Assembly: GCA_002633005.1 (NCBI GenBank)
Contig: NMRA01000085.1
Span: 186,001-250,000 of the forward strand
Direction: 5' to 3'
DNA: 64,000 bases
Source of the DNA: Phoronis australis
Taxonomy: Eukaryota > Animalia > Phoronida
The translations under genes and the position numbers were made by a program. Each line of letters opens with the position of its first letter. Positions within the stretch are counted from its first letter, which is position 1. The notes below the pieces were generated by a model, which saw nothing but the letters and a program-made list of their open reading frames with translations, was not told the DNA's origin and did no database searches. Below are positions 28,801 through 50,815 of the stretch, in pieces.

Positions 28801-29825
28801 AGGCCACTTTTAGCTCAGTTAACCCACACAGTTCAAGCGAACCTTTCGTGAATTTATCTCATATATTATGACAGAAAGCAACTGGAACCACCCTCCACTA
28901 GTGTTCACCAACATGAAAGGTCAGGGTAGCGGCAAATCCTAGGATAGTCAGCATGATCAACGAGAACGTCACGCAACCGACGAGATTAGAAACCAACCAG
29001 GATTTAAACACTGATTGTCAAAATAGAGCGTAAGGCAGTTCCAGCCCCTTTCTTACTTATGTGCAAGGAATATGAGAGGTATGCAGTGTTCTCCGCAACT
29101 TGTTTTGACTTGCAGTGGAGAAGAGTTTGAATTTTCCCTAAGCGAGTTTGAATTGCTTGTATCATTACCAACTCTAGGTGCCAATTTTTTAAACCAATTA
29201 ATGCATTTTGAACTTTGGTACAGTTCAATGCATCCGCTACTTGACTTCACATACAAACTTGCCGTAAACACAGACTTTGTAAAACCAATACTGTGGTATG
29301 TTTCAGGACAAGCTTCCCAGGCAGACCCGAATTTTCCCAAGAATTCAGGATATTACTCATTTCGCCGAATTGTGTTGTAACCAAATGCCAGAATAAACAT
29401 CACTGCACTACAGAACTTGTGAACTGAATTATAAGTGTAGATGTGCCAAAAGTCAATATAGCTACGATAATTGGTTTCAAACAAAGGTTTTATTGTGGAA
29501 TACACATCACGTCAAGACCAACACAATTCGACCAAAAACAAACGTATTTGTAGGTCAAAATGTTCCAGAAACAAAATTATACAAAATGAACTACATAACA
29601 GACACCAATTCGCTTTGTTAAGTTCTAATTTCAACGAAATATCCAACACATAACGGCCAAAATGGCGTTGTTTCCTGATGCTGACAAAGAAACCGCGTTT
29701 ACTTTAACACGACTTATGAGCACTTTAATGAGATGCAATACAAAAATATTAACAATGTACCCTGAATTATTCTGTTGAGCAGTCTGCTGATAGCCTTGTA
29801 GTGCCGGATGATTGCTAGCGTCCAT
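4873..29825 (-). CDS. BRD4: BET-family bromodomain protein (BRD2/BRD3/BRD4, fs(1)h orthologue), long isoform, 21 coding exons, ~1205 aa
   Basis: Phase-consistent GT-AG exon chain on the minus strand: 29825-29761, 24926-24770, 23729-23544, 23109-22963, 21666-21280, 20928-20626, 20029-19799, 19259-19089, 18426-17985, 16547-16377, 14811-14683, 14056-13913, 10532-10498, 9568-9481, 9368-9279, 7993-7691, 7157-7045, 6794-6654, 6199-6059, 5293-5186, 4938-4873 (sum 3618 nt). Motifs: BD1 ([14 protein letters not shown]...[17 protein letters not shown]), motif A ([13 protein letters not shown]), BD2 (AWPFYKPVD...NCYRYNPP), ET domain ([33 protein letters not shown]...EIEIDFETL), Ser-rich SEED tail, and BRD4-like C-terminus (KNAGSWSSL...[16 protein letters not shown]...[21 protein letters not shown]). 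The first exon and the low-complexity exons are less certain. The symbol reflects the BRD4-type C-terminus; this is probably the single invertebrate BET gene. Confidence 0.93.
9685..10247. mobile_element. PIF/Harbinger-like MITE with TAA TSD, in a BET intron
   Basis: TAA|GGGCTGTTCCAGCAAAATCTGTGTGGG ... CCCATACAGACTTTACTGGAACAGCCC|TAA; internal repeated gggtggt motifs; no ORF. Confidence 0.8.
13908..29825 (-). CDS. Predicted short BET isoform (~845 aa) ending ...SDSSDSEAG* by read-through of the exon-12 donor
   Basis: The exon ending at 13913 reads GAA GCA G|GT TAG, so failure to splice gives an immediate stop at 13910-13908, right after the SEED tract. Minus-strand AATAAA signals lie in the following intron at 13563-13558 and 12536-12531. 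Confidence 0.6.
15301..15715. mobile_element. Harbinger-like MITE, CWG TSD family, copy 1
   Basis: CTG|TGCCCGGTTGCATGAAACAGTCC ... GGACCGTTTCATGCAACGGGCA|CTG; the interior is the reverse complement of the element at 60500-60935. Confidence 0.8.
21287..22669. repeat. ~0.7-kb near-identical duplication of BET exon 5 plus upstream intron, joined at N21984 (probable haplotype or assembly artefact)
   Basis: 21287-21983 is repeated as 21985-22669 with a few SNPs and indels. The copy next to the N is truncated before the splice donor. Confidence 0.85.
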
Positions 29826-32414
29826 TTCTTTTGAAGATTCTTCCGAACACTTAAGGCAACTGCCAGCAGTTATGGCTGCTCCTTGCTCAACAAAATTCCT
29901 TTTATACTGTCTGTAGACTCCGCAACGTTTGATTGGACAGTTTTGATCACATGATAAAACTAAAAATTTAAACTACGTTTTCCAGCCAAAAAGACAGATA
30001 TTAAGTTCAAACATTTAGATCTTCAAATTCACTGATCTACAATCCTCGTTACTGAACACAATTCCAATCCTGGTAACATCACGGAAAACAAGTTTTTTAA
30101 CTGCGCTGTTGGCATGAAAATTCTCGTCCAATTCAGACTACGTCACCTTCAACATCCACCATTCATTGGTCAACTTAATCACGTGACTGAAGCACACAGA
30201 AACTTTCAAAGAAATTTGCAAATTCCATCATTAAGTGGGGTGCTTTGGCGTCTATTCCACGTTCTTTGTCAGAGTTCCAACTATTTGATTTCAATAACAT
30301 CACCAAAGGCATCAACATTTGACCAAAATATCCACTCTCCTCTTGGTTCGAATAAAACTCTCGTTGATTCACGCGATAATTAACGATGAAATATTGACGC
30401 ACGCGCAAACACCCGCCATGCGGCTCTGAATACTCTGTAGGAAAAGCTGAGGACAGCAGTTGGCATTGTATGTTCTGTATGAATTCGGCTTCTTATTGGT
30501 TTGATGTTTTGTAAAGCATTTCTTCTAAAAAACTAATTTCCTGAGCACTCGGATTTTTTTTCAAGGTCCACAGTTCTAGTCTTTGGTTCATTATTTGACG
30601 TGTTTTATTCTACGCGTCGTCAAGTCGCTGACGCGCCTTGAGTTGAGGAGTTTACTTCCTTTTTTGCCGATCAAGTGTTTTGGTATCGGTTAGTTTGGTC
30701 CTCCAACTCTTCCTGGGACAGCCCTTGTGTGTGTTTTGCCAACTGGTAGTTATTGCTGGTAGCTGGCAATATCTTTTGAATGAAGGTATACTGAAAAGTT
30801 GAGCAATTTTGAAACCCCCGTCCCGAGCTGGTTTTACCTCACAGTCACGTAGGAGTACTTACCGCACCCAGGCCGGGTTTTCCGTCACTTCAAGACTGGC
30901 ACAAAGCTCTCTGAAACGTGTAAGTCTTAACCTAGCAAATTATATTAGCTCAAAACGATCACAGATTCCAAGCACGTCCTCGCGGGAAAGCAGCAAGAGC
31001 AAGAAGGGGGAGAGCATGTGGGCACAGTGGACAACCCGAATATCAGGAACATCTGCCAAAACAATAGACCAATTTAATTAGCCACAAGTGGTGTTCACCT
31101 AACAACTAAATCTGACCTGAAAGGTTAGAGGTCACATATGTGACAGTTTCAGTGTTCACAACAGCTAGATCGTGGCAGTTGTCAGCCAGCCAGCTAGCTG
31201 TATGAAGACTAAATTGTCAAAATACAGACCTCAATTGCACATAGCCCCTAGTTCTGCTTGTCACCTCCCCGTGAAACTTGTATCAACACGTAGAGCTAAA
31301 GNGGGGGGGCATGCAAAATCTAGGAGTCAACTGACTCTCACCTTACCCGTTACAGCCGTTTAAGTGAAAAACAATCTGGATAAATGTCATTTTCCTGCGT
31401 AATTTTCCGTCTTTTGTAACAGTGAAAAGTACGTCATCATTTTCAAAGCCGTATGCACATCCCATGCGGACGCGCCATTTCCGAATTTTTGTGACATCTC
31501 TCGGTAAATGATGGCAACTTAGCAGCACCAAAGTTTGTTCTGAAATTTGGTTTGCTGGTGTTAAAATACTAAAAACTTGTAACAAAATGAAACCAGTTCC
31601 AATAATTTGTTGTGCCATGTACTCAAGAATAACAGTTGATTGAAGAATCGGCATAAAAAAGAAACTGGCCAATAGGTGACGTAATATTTCATGGCATTGA
31701 AAGCCGATGCAAAAGATTGCGCCACAGCTTTAGCCGTAAAACAACGGTAGAACGCTAATTTTTCTAACATGCGACAAATACGAAATTATCAGTCATGTCT
31801 GAAAAAATGTTCCCCTTTGCACAAGCAACCTATCTCTACGCATGCCATTGCCTTTATATTCTGATATTTCACAACAAACATAAGTGCCCCTGTTGTGGGT
31901 ATGTTGTTCGTGGTTACTAGGGCGTCTTCAAAGGAAGTTTCTGCTAAATCTGGCAAATGCATTGAGTTAGCTGTGTAGGTTTGATGAAAACTCTGTAAAT
32001 TACAATTTTAAAATCAGTGTTGTATCGCGACATGTCCGGTTGTGTCGTGCTAAATCGCCTGCCAATGGTCGGGCACTTATTGGTAAACTGTGGTTCAGAG
32101 ATTCGCTGTTTTGATTCCCAGAAAAGTATAGACGTGCTATTGGTCGAAGAATTTGGAAGCTTGAGTGAATTGGGGGGATGGGGATCGCAAGTTTGATTCC
32201 ATTTTGAACTAAGAAGTATCTGACAACTTTCACAACAACAGTAAATGGTTCACTGGTCAACCTGTTGCACGACTGGATCCCATTGGGTACCTTCGTAGCC
32301 TTCCCTCACATCTAGAACATTTCGGGTGTTTTCTTTGCTTAAATTGTTTGGAGGTGTTTCATGTCTGCTCATTTACAAACTTTCAACGTTACAGTCTGTG
32401 GTTGTTTACTTTAG
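29826..32414. promoter_or_regulatory. Divergent promoter region between the BET gene and WDR5, including a probable non-coding WDR5 first exon
   Basis: The two start codons (29825 minus, 32419 plus) face away from each other 2.6 kb apart. Local CpG enrichment and several CCAAT/ATTGG boxes (~29932, ~30064, ~30165, ~31669). A YY1-like CGCCATTT at ~31473 is followed by a donor (tctcg|GTAAAT, 31504), and an acceptor TTAG at 32411-32414 lies just before the WDR5 ATG. Confidence 0.55.
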
Positions 32415-32418
32415 GAGT

Positions 32419-42781
<10,363 letters not shown>

Positions 42782-44449
42782 CCGTTGCAACTGGATGTAC
42801 AGGGATGTAATGCAATGCACGTGGTAGTTTAAAAAAAGGACTTTAGCTGGTTGTTTTGATTTTAGTTGCTGTGTGAATGGTCAAATTTCATTGGTCAGCT
42901 GTCTTATTGGATGTTAATTACTCACCCACCAACCAGTAGCATTAATGTTGTCGTCTGATTGGCTGGAGTGTATGTAAATGCATCAGACTTTAGACCCTAC
43001 CTCCAGGTGGAGCTGCGACGAGTGGGTTCTTCTTCCATGTGAAATTGGTTGGATTTAACACTTGGTGAATGTGTTTCAATGAAATCTTAGTGTTTAAAGT
43101 AATAATTTATTCTTTGCATTACTAGTGTCTGGCGCGGCTTCATCAAGGTTGTCTCTGATGAACGATACGATTTAGTTTGTAGGTTAACTTAAGATACACT
43201 TAACACACTATTTTGGGAAGTATTGATTATTTCCCCTTTCTTTGATAGAAAAAGGCAACCTCCCGGACGATAATGATAAAGTATAAAGTCCTGCTTGTGA
43301 CACTTCACTATATGTGGCCTCTTCTATGAAAAGTGTTCGTTTGTTTGAACATGAAGTTTTTACAAACACTGTTGGCACAAGGTGTGTCATTTTTTGTAGC
43401 AGGTGTAAACCTGCCCTCCACCAAAAAAGCAGCTTTTGATTTTGACTGCTTATCATTATGAAATTGGTCCCAAATGACTGCTTGGGGGTTATTTCACGGC
43501 TTTGAAAGAACTATCATGTCGTTATTGCTGAAAACCAGGCTGTTGTCACGACATGTCAGTTGTAAATGCCAAGCATGGTATCTAGGAATAACAACATTTC
43601 AGTTCCTCGCAAAGCCAGAAATCACTACTTGTCTTCGAAAGTAAGGTTTGGAGACCAATTTTGTAACGATGAATGATCAAATGAAAAGTTTGCGTGTTGG
43701 ATGGGACATGAGTTGATAGCCTCTTTAAGTTTGTCAAAGTTACTTGAGGCACCGGAACACCATTCTCATCATTGGTCCAGTCTTTGTCTTTGTTCAGCTG
43801 TTCAGAAAAAATGTGTATTACGAAAATCCACCATCTCTCATGTTGGCTTTGCTCTGTGCGGGCCTTGTACCGAAGTGCTTTAATTGTGAACATGGTGAAG
43901 CCAGTGTTGACTGTAGAAGTGTATTTGACGTTGGTCGCACACACATTCCCCCCTTCTGAATGTTATGAGCTCAGTGGATTGTCCATTACTGCCACACACT
44001 TGGTGTTAGAGAATGTACCTAGAGGTGAACAACTTGTAGAACAACGCGTCTTTAAACAGAGTGATAGAGATCAAATGTTGTTTTCTCGTAAATTTTTACG
44101 TATTACCTTATCTCTCACTTAATCGTCATAGTCCTTTTATGCTTTACTTTAAGACTTGTCTCTTGGAAGTTTGGTGACATCTCGTGCTTCCATGGGACCA
44201 TGTCTTGTACTGTTACTGAAGTAGATCTCCTCACTTGCTTAACATTAGTGTCTAGTGTTTAGTTAAACCACAGAATGACTCTTCAACACAGGTCTCTTTC
44301 TTTTCTGCTTCAGGAGTGGATAGATGCATTGAGTTTTATGCTCCTAGTTATTGGACAGTCACTGACTGTTGGTCATGTAGAGTATGAAGGGTGAGTCTAT
44401 GTATCACAGCACTTGACTTACTCTTCAAGGCATTGATATGAGTTTCATC

Positions 44450-44712
44450 CAGTGGGGGATTTAGGGGGGGCATGGCCCCCCTAAAATTCTACCAGATACC
44501 ATTTGACAGTTTGGGTGCGAATTGCTGACTAGCACATGCGCGCAACCAGGGGGGCTCGGGGGTGAATAAACAATGCATAGTCAAAAGGTCCGCAAACCCA
44601 AAAATTCGAGACCCCTGCATCCCTACACTGTAGGCTGGGCGTGCGTATCTGCCAAAATTCTGGTTATTCCTGTCCCCTGGCCCCCCAACTCAAAATCCTA
44701 GATCCGCCCCTG
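44450..44712. mobile_element. hAT-like MITE with 5-bp TSD (TCATC)
   Basis: TCATC|CAGTGGGGGATTTAGG ... CCTAGATCCGCCCCTG|TCATC; related to 60946-61109. Confidence 0.7.
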
Positions 44713-44948
44713 TCATCAGTTTTGTGCCACTCAAAGAAGCAGTTTAACATTACCTAGTTTGAGGATGATACTGTTGTGTATGGAAAGTCATGCTTCATAT
44801 GTTGAGTCTTGGGTTGAACATTAGATTGCATTTTGCATTTTATGCTCGTTTTTGACTCCTCATTTGTAGTGCCTGAATGGGGGACCTTGAATTTACTAGA
44901 TGGCGGGGACCTTGAATTTACTAGATGGCGCTAGTGTGACAACCGTCN

Positions 44949-45140
44949 TATAGGATGTGCTTGTATTATGAAGATTACTCACATTTTGCCCCTAGCCTAT
45001 TGAGGAGACAATGACCATGCCTTTCCATTTTGCAAAGTATGCCCTCTACTGGCCACTTTATGGTACCAATAAACAACCCTAGAAGGATACCGTATGCGGT
45101 GCAATTGTGGGCGCATTTCAACGCTCCGCGTTGCTCTTGT
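44949..45140 (+). mobile_element. 3' terminal fragment of the HINE family, starting at N44948
   Basis: Near-identical to 48659-48866 apart from a short internal deletion, including the subTIR TGTGGGCGCA and the CAACGC-nnn-GCGTTG hairpin. Confidence 0.8.
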
Positions 45141-46533
45141 ATGCTCGTTTTTGACTCCTCATTTGTAGTGCCTGAATGGGGGACCTTGAATTTACTAGAT
45201 GGCGGGGACCTTGAATTTACTAGATGGCGCTAGTGTGACAACCGTCTTGACTATAGAAATGCGTGCATTCAGGTGGTCACGTGAGACCGTTAGACTACAA
45301 ATGCTAGATGGAGATCAACCGCTTTCTGTTGAAAAGGAGACTTTATTCGTTATTGCCAGCTAGTGACCATAGCAATCCATTGTCTAACACATCACAATGC
45401 CTCAACAAGTGTTCTCAAATGTCAGATTGCAGCTAGGATACTAGTTTGGTGTGCGAGTCAAGGACCCGTTTTATCAAAGGTTGTGGCCTGGTCTTACCGG
45501 AGACGGCCTTAAATTTGATTTTAACTCAAACAAAATGCATTAAGGTGACTTGTCATTATAGTCCTTTAGTTTGAATATAAAAAATTATCAAGTGAATGTC
45601 AGCTGCAACAGTGTGTTCTAACAGAAAACACGGCATTGTGTTTGTAATAATTGGCTTATGACCGTTTCAGCTACGATGGGTCTTTGACCTTTTATAAACC
45701 GAAATGGTGATCATCAGCATCTGGGTAACAATGGATGAGTGATATTTCATGAAAATCCTTTCACCATAAGATTATGACGTGCCCTTGTAAATCTTCAGTA
45801 CACCATAGTTTTGTTAGCATTGTCTCTACTTTCTCTTTATGCCACAGTGCTGAGCGAGGAACTTGTGCTTAAAGTCACAAACTTCAAACTACAATAAATC
45901 AAATTGATGGTAGTCAATCATGCTACTGGATCTAACTTCAGAAACAGACAATGAATTCCATCCAATTAGGCGTTTTAAAAAAACTTCAAAAATTGAGTCT
46001 AGTTACCACTCTAGTAGGATTCAAAAGATGGCGCTGTATGTTGCTCTCATTAACCAGCAGTTTCAGTTTGGTATCCTTTACGTAAATGTTCGTTATATGA
46101 CTTTGTTATGGTGCAGTGGATTTGTACATATCTTTCCAATAAATAACATTTCTTACATACATGTGTTGTTTGGTTGGCTTGATTTGATGATCTTACTGCA
46201 AACTGTTCATTTAACACCTTCTGGTAAGTCCAGACGTGTGTTGAGTCACCACTGAAAACTCGCATAAGATTTCATGAACTGGAAGCACGTTAAATATCTA
46301 GTGCATTATCTAGAAAATGGTTGGTCTCAGTTCGCTTTGAAAATGTCATAGTTCTGTGTTGAGTTTATAGCTACCTGAAAAAAAGTTGATGCACAGCGCA
46401 CACAAGTTGTCAGTTTTCTAAATTATTTTTTAAATTGTATGGCTTTTCGTATCAGTTCGACGTTGATTGTCGTTTGGACAGAGATTATTTCTTAGTGTCA
46501 CCAATAGGTTCCAAACTATGCCACACTTTGGTG

Positions 46534-46598
46534 CTCGCTGGTTCCCTGCGTGCCCCTAGATGGTCAGTATCCAGCTAGGTACGTAGGGAACCAGCGAG
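46534..46598. mobile_element. 65-bp palindromic mini-element with 10-bp TSD (Mutator-like)
   Basis: CACTTTGGTG|CTCGCTGGTTCCCTGCGTG ... TACGTAGGGAACCAGCGAG|CACTTTGCTG; the same TIR recurs at ~54704-54723. Confidence 0.6.
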
Positions 46599-46866
46599 CA
46601 CTTTGCTGCGTTTTTTACCAGTGCGCAACCAACAACAAATTCAGTTATGTGTTGAAAATCCAAATGAAAATTCGTGTGGACAAAATAACAACGTTTTCTG
46701 GTCTTTTGGAAAACCCACTGTCGGAAAACTATTGATCATATTAGCAAAAAAAAACATTTTATGTAAAATTTTGCTAAAAATCTAAATTTCCAAATGTTTT
46801 TTTCCGACGAAAATGTACTTGTTGATTAGTCGTAAACAATGTGTATGTACCTTGTATTGCTTATTG

Positions 46867-48866
46867 TTATGCGCCCACATATTTATATGTGGACGCATTA
46901 TGCCGTCATCTCCGTCCGTCCGTCCGTCCGTCCGGGCGGCGTCTGGCGTCTGGCGTCCGGCGTCCGCTGCTCTATCTCCAAAACCCTTTGACATACGTTC
47001 ATGAAATTTGGCACATATGTTCCATTCATGAATGGGACGGCATGTGCGAACTTTCGGACGGATCCGACTACCGGTGTGCCCCCTAGTGGCAATTTTAGTT
47101 TTTTACGCTTACCTTTGTATCTTCAAAAGTCCTGAACGGATTTTCATGAAATTTGGTATGTAGGCACCTATTAGTGAGATGACGCTATCCTGCCGTTTTC
47201 GGATGGATTCGACATAGTTTGCGCCACCTAGTGGCCATTTTTAGTGTTTTCAAGTCTGTTTTTGTGCTTCCACCCCTCTATCAACCAAACCGCTCAAAGG
47301 ATGATTGTGAAAATTGGCATGTATGTGCTTACTATGTAGAGGACGGTTGACGATGATTTTCCGACGATTTCGACTACTGTGGCGCCTCCTAGTGGCAGTT
47401 TTGTTTTTTTTGCGCCTATGGCTGTATCTCCTAAACCGTTCGCAGGATCTTTACGAAATTGTGTAAGTATATTTATATGATGTTAACAACGGAAGATGAC
47501 GACTTTTGGACGGATCCGACTACCGGTGTGCCCCCTAGTGGCAATTTTAATTTTTTTACGCTTACCTTTGTATCTTCACAAGTCCTTATTGGATTTTCAT
47601 GAAATTTGGTATGTAGGCACCTATTAGTGAGATGACGCTATCCTCCCGTTTTCAGATGGATTCGACATAGTTTGCGCCACCTAGTGGCCATTTTTAGTGT
47701 TTTCGAGTCTGTTTTTGTGCGTCCACCCCTCTATCAACCAAACCGCTCAAAGGATGATTGTGAAAATTGGCATGTATATGCTTACTATGTAGAGGATGGT
47801 TGACGATGATTTTCCGACGATTTCGACTACTGTGGCGCCTCCTAGTGGCAGTTTTGTTTTTTTGCGCCTATGGCTGTATCTCCTAAACCGTTCGCAGGAT
47901 CTTTACAAATTGTGTAAGTATATTTATATGATGTTAACAACGGAAGATGACGACTTTTGGTCGGATCCGACTACCGGTGTGCCCCCTAGTGGCAATTTTA
48001 GTTTTTTACGCTTACCTTTGTATCTTCAAAAGTATTGAACGGATTTTCATGAAATTTGGTATGTAGGCACCTATTAGTGAGATGACGCTATCCTACTGTT
48101 TTCAGATGGATTCGACGTAGTTTGCGCCACCTAGTGGCCATTTTTACTGTTTTCGAGTCTGTATTTTTGCGTCCACCCCTCTATCAACCAAACCGCTCAA
48201 AGGATGATTGTGAAAATTGGCGTGTATGTGCTTACTATAAGGAAGACAGCTGACAATGATTTTCAGACGATTTGGACTACTGTGGCGCCTCCTAGTGGCA
48301 GTTTTGTTTTTTTGCGCCCATGGCTGTATCTCCCAAACCGTTTGCAGGATCTTTACTAAATTTAGCAAGTGTATTTATGTGATGTTGACAACGGACGATG
48401 ACGACTTTAGGATGATTCTGATTACCGGTATGCCTCTAGTGGCAATTTTAGTATTTGCCTCTAGTGGCAATTTTAGTATTTTACATTGACCTCTGTATTT
48501 TCATAGGTCTTCAGGTGTATACTTTGTGTTACTTCGTGACTGTGAAGGAAAAGTTCCAAGTAGAAATTTGTTTCTGGCATTCTAATGCTGTGCTAATCTC
48601 GTATGTTGGTAAATTTGTTTTTAATTCTATGTTTCTGTGGTGCTTTAAGCAACTGGTGTATAGGATGTGCTTGTATTATGAAGATTACTCACATTTTGCC
48701 CCTAGCCTATTGAGGAGACAATGACCATGCCTTTCCATTTTGCTAAGTACAACATACTACATATATGCTCTCTACTGGCCACTTTGTGGTACCAATAAAC
48801 AACCCTAGAAGGATACCGTATGCGGTGCAATTGTGGGCGCATTTCAACGCTCTGCGTTGCTCTTGT
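46867..48866 (+). mobile_element. Complete non-autonomous Helentron-associated element (HINE; DINE-1/pearl-like) with internal tandem array
   Basis: 5' subTIR plus inverted repeat (TGCGCCCACA-tatttata-TGTGGACGCA), then a (TCCG)n/(GGCGTCT)n microsatellite at ~46910-46966. About 3.3 higher-order units of ~450 bp follow, each made of three ~150-bp subunits (47020-48480). The 3' end has subTIR TGTGGGCGCA, hairpin CAACGC-TCT-GCGTTG and CTCTTGT. Inserted in a T-rich site. Confidence 0.85.
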
Positions 48867-50642
48867 TTGATGTGCCTTGTTTATATTCATGCCAGAGGAA
48901 AATGAAAATCAACTTGAAAAACAACTTATGACATTTTCCCCGGCGACTTTCATTGTTTGTGTGATCGTTTGATGTTCTAAGTAATCTGATATTTCAAGCA
49001 GTTGGCTGGGCGCGTTGGGCGCACGTAAATGTTCGTCTTCGCCTTCGTTGAGACACGAAATGAATACTACACGGCATCGATAGGCTCATCGATGCCTTTA
49101 CAATGTAAATGCATGTTAACAGAGCTCATTTGAATTGATACTCAAGTTTACCTGCCTTTAAAGAGCCTGAAACTACAAGGAGAGATGTGGTGTCAAAAAT
49201 AGTACATCTTTTTGAAGCAAAAATTAATAACTTTCTGTAGATGTATGTAGTTGACAGAAATTTAAATGAACCTTTTGTAGAGTTACTAACTCACAAAGTA
49301 AACCCTTTTGAGGGAAGTTTGTCCGAAAAGACACCATCTCTTACTGAAACTGGTCCCTAAAAGTCACACTTCTGTTGCTTAAAGTCCGATTTGTTGTAAA
49401 ATAAAACGGTAAAATCTTTGAATTGCCTGAAACAGTACGTGTTCACCTGCTTTTGGCAAAAGTAAACATTTTAATTTTTATCCATCGAGTAAATTTAACG
49501 TAATATAAAGGGCGTTTTAAACATTATAAAAATAAATAAAATGCTTTTAACTGTTAATCACCAATTGCCATGGAAGCACGGAACCCAGTAGTGTTCTGGT
49601 CCCAAGGTAGCGGCTGGTAGAAATGGAACGGTGACAGCTGTTGCCGGCGATATCTGCATTTTCTCAGGTAGAGCTTGATTCACTTGGGATTTGTTTCGGT
49701 ACCCCTGTCCTGCTTGGACTGTTTTGTTGATGGAAGTTGAATGTGCGGTGGTATTTCTTGATTTGTGGACGAGAATACACCTTCCATTAACTTTTTTGTC
49801 TTGTTTGTTTTTCCTTTTTGATAAAGCTGCTGTAAACCAACTTTCCGTCCAAGAAACGAACTGTTGATTTAGACTACCTACCGCTGAAATATTAGTCTGA
49901 ACTTGAGAAGCAATTTCTTGGTTCGCAAAGAACTGCGAGTTCGTTATTCCTTGAGATCAAGCTTGGCGCCTAAAATGACGTCGTGACAAGCCAATCCTAG
50001 AGCCTGGCCACCAATTTAACTGGGAAACAACTTGAAGAGTAAGTGAACAGGTCTAAATCAAAGGTTATTTCTTGGGTATGAAAGGTGGGTTTGTTCAGTT
50101 CGCGCTTTCACGCAATGAAGCAAACAAAAGATCAATGATATTAATGTGTTATATTGTCATTGTCATATGCATGAATAATCGCAAATGTAGCTACATGATG
50201 TCTCAAGAGTATTGGACGCTTTTTAAACTATAATAACTTGACAAAGAGTTGAGCAGATGTATTTAAAAGATATTTTCTGGGAACATGGCCAATTAATGGG
50301 TGAAAGTTTTAATCCTCTGTCGTTTGAAAATTGCATTTTTAAAAATGGACACCGCCACTCATTTGTTCGGCTATTTACAATAGCCTGGTTCCAACCTCCA
50401 GTCCAGCGGACTTAAATGCGAGGCAAAGTGCATTGTACTGACCTCCTTATTTTAAAAGTCACGTGAGTTGATTAGCCCGATGTGTTTCTCTTGAGCGCTG
50501 CGCATGATGCAGCTGTGCCAGTATCACCAACACAGTGCTGACAGTAAGATAATACAATTAATGTGCTGTCGTTACTCAGCGGATATCGGCACTAAAATAA
50601 AGAGAATTATGGTGATGAGGGGATCAATCTGTTTCCGTGATG

Positions 50643-50709
50643 CATGGGCGGCGCAGCACTGAAATAAGTGAGGCTTTAGCCCTCAAGCACCTATGGTGCG
50701 GCACCCATG
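50643..50709. mobile_element. Tiny (~67 bp) MITE with CATGGGCGG termini
   Basis: CATGGGCGGCGCAGCACTGAAA...GGCTTTAGCCC...GGTGCGGCACCCATG; homologous to the dimer at 53290-53440. Confidence 0.6.
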
Positions 50710-50815
50710 TGTAGGGAGGGCCAAACTTCGTCGATAAGTTGGTTCACGTCATTTCAGTGACCAATCACGGGTCCGAATTGATTGGAGCCGTTTAGTCTCT
50801 GCTACGTACCGCATT

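Noticed and set aside
43582-44122. Cluster of overlapping 60-120 aa ORFs downstream of WDR5
   Set aside because: No recognisable domain or splice-consistent structure; probably 3' UTR or intergenic sequence.
47020-48480. Regularly spaced repeats superficially resembling a CRISPR array
   Set aside because: Eukaryotic context, the intervening sequences are themselves repeated in a 3-subunit higher-order pattern, no cas genes, and the array is bounded by HINE termini.
49073-49096. Perfect 9-bp hairpin GGCATCGAT-aggctc-ATCGATGCC followed by TTT
   Set aside because: Resembles a bacterial terminator or a Helitron 3' hairpin, but the context is eukaryotic and I found no matching element 5' end.
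42782-50000. U6atac snRNA, which lies just downstream of WDR5 in human
   Set aside because: By eye I found no match to the U6atac 5' sequence on either strand; an Infernal scan would be needed to exclude it fully.
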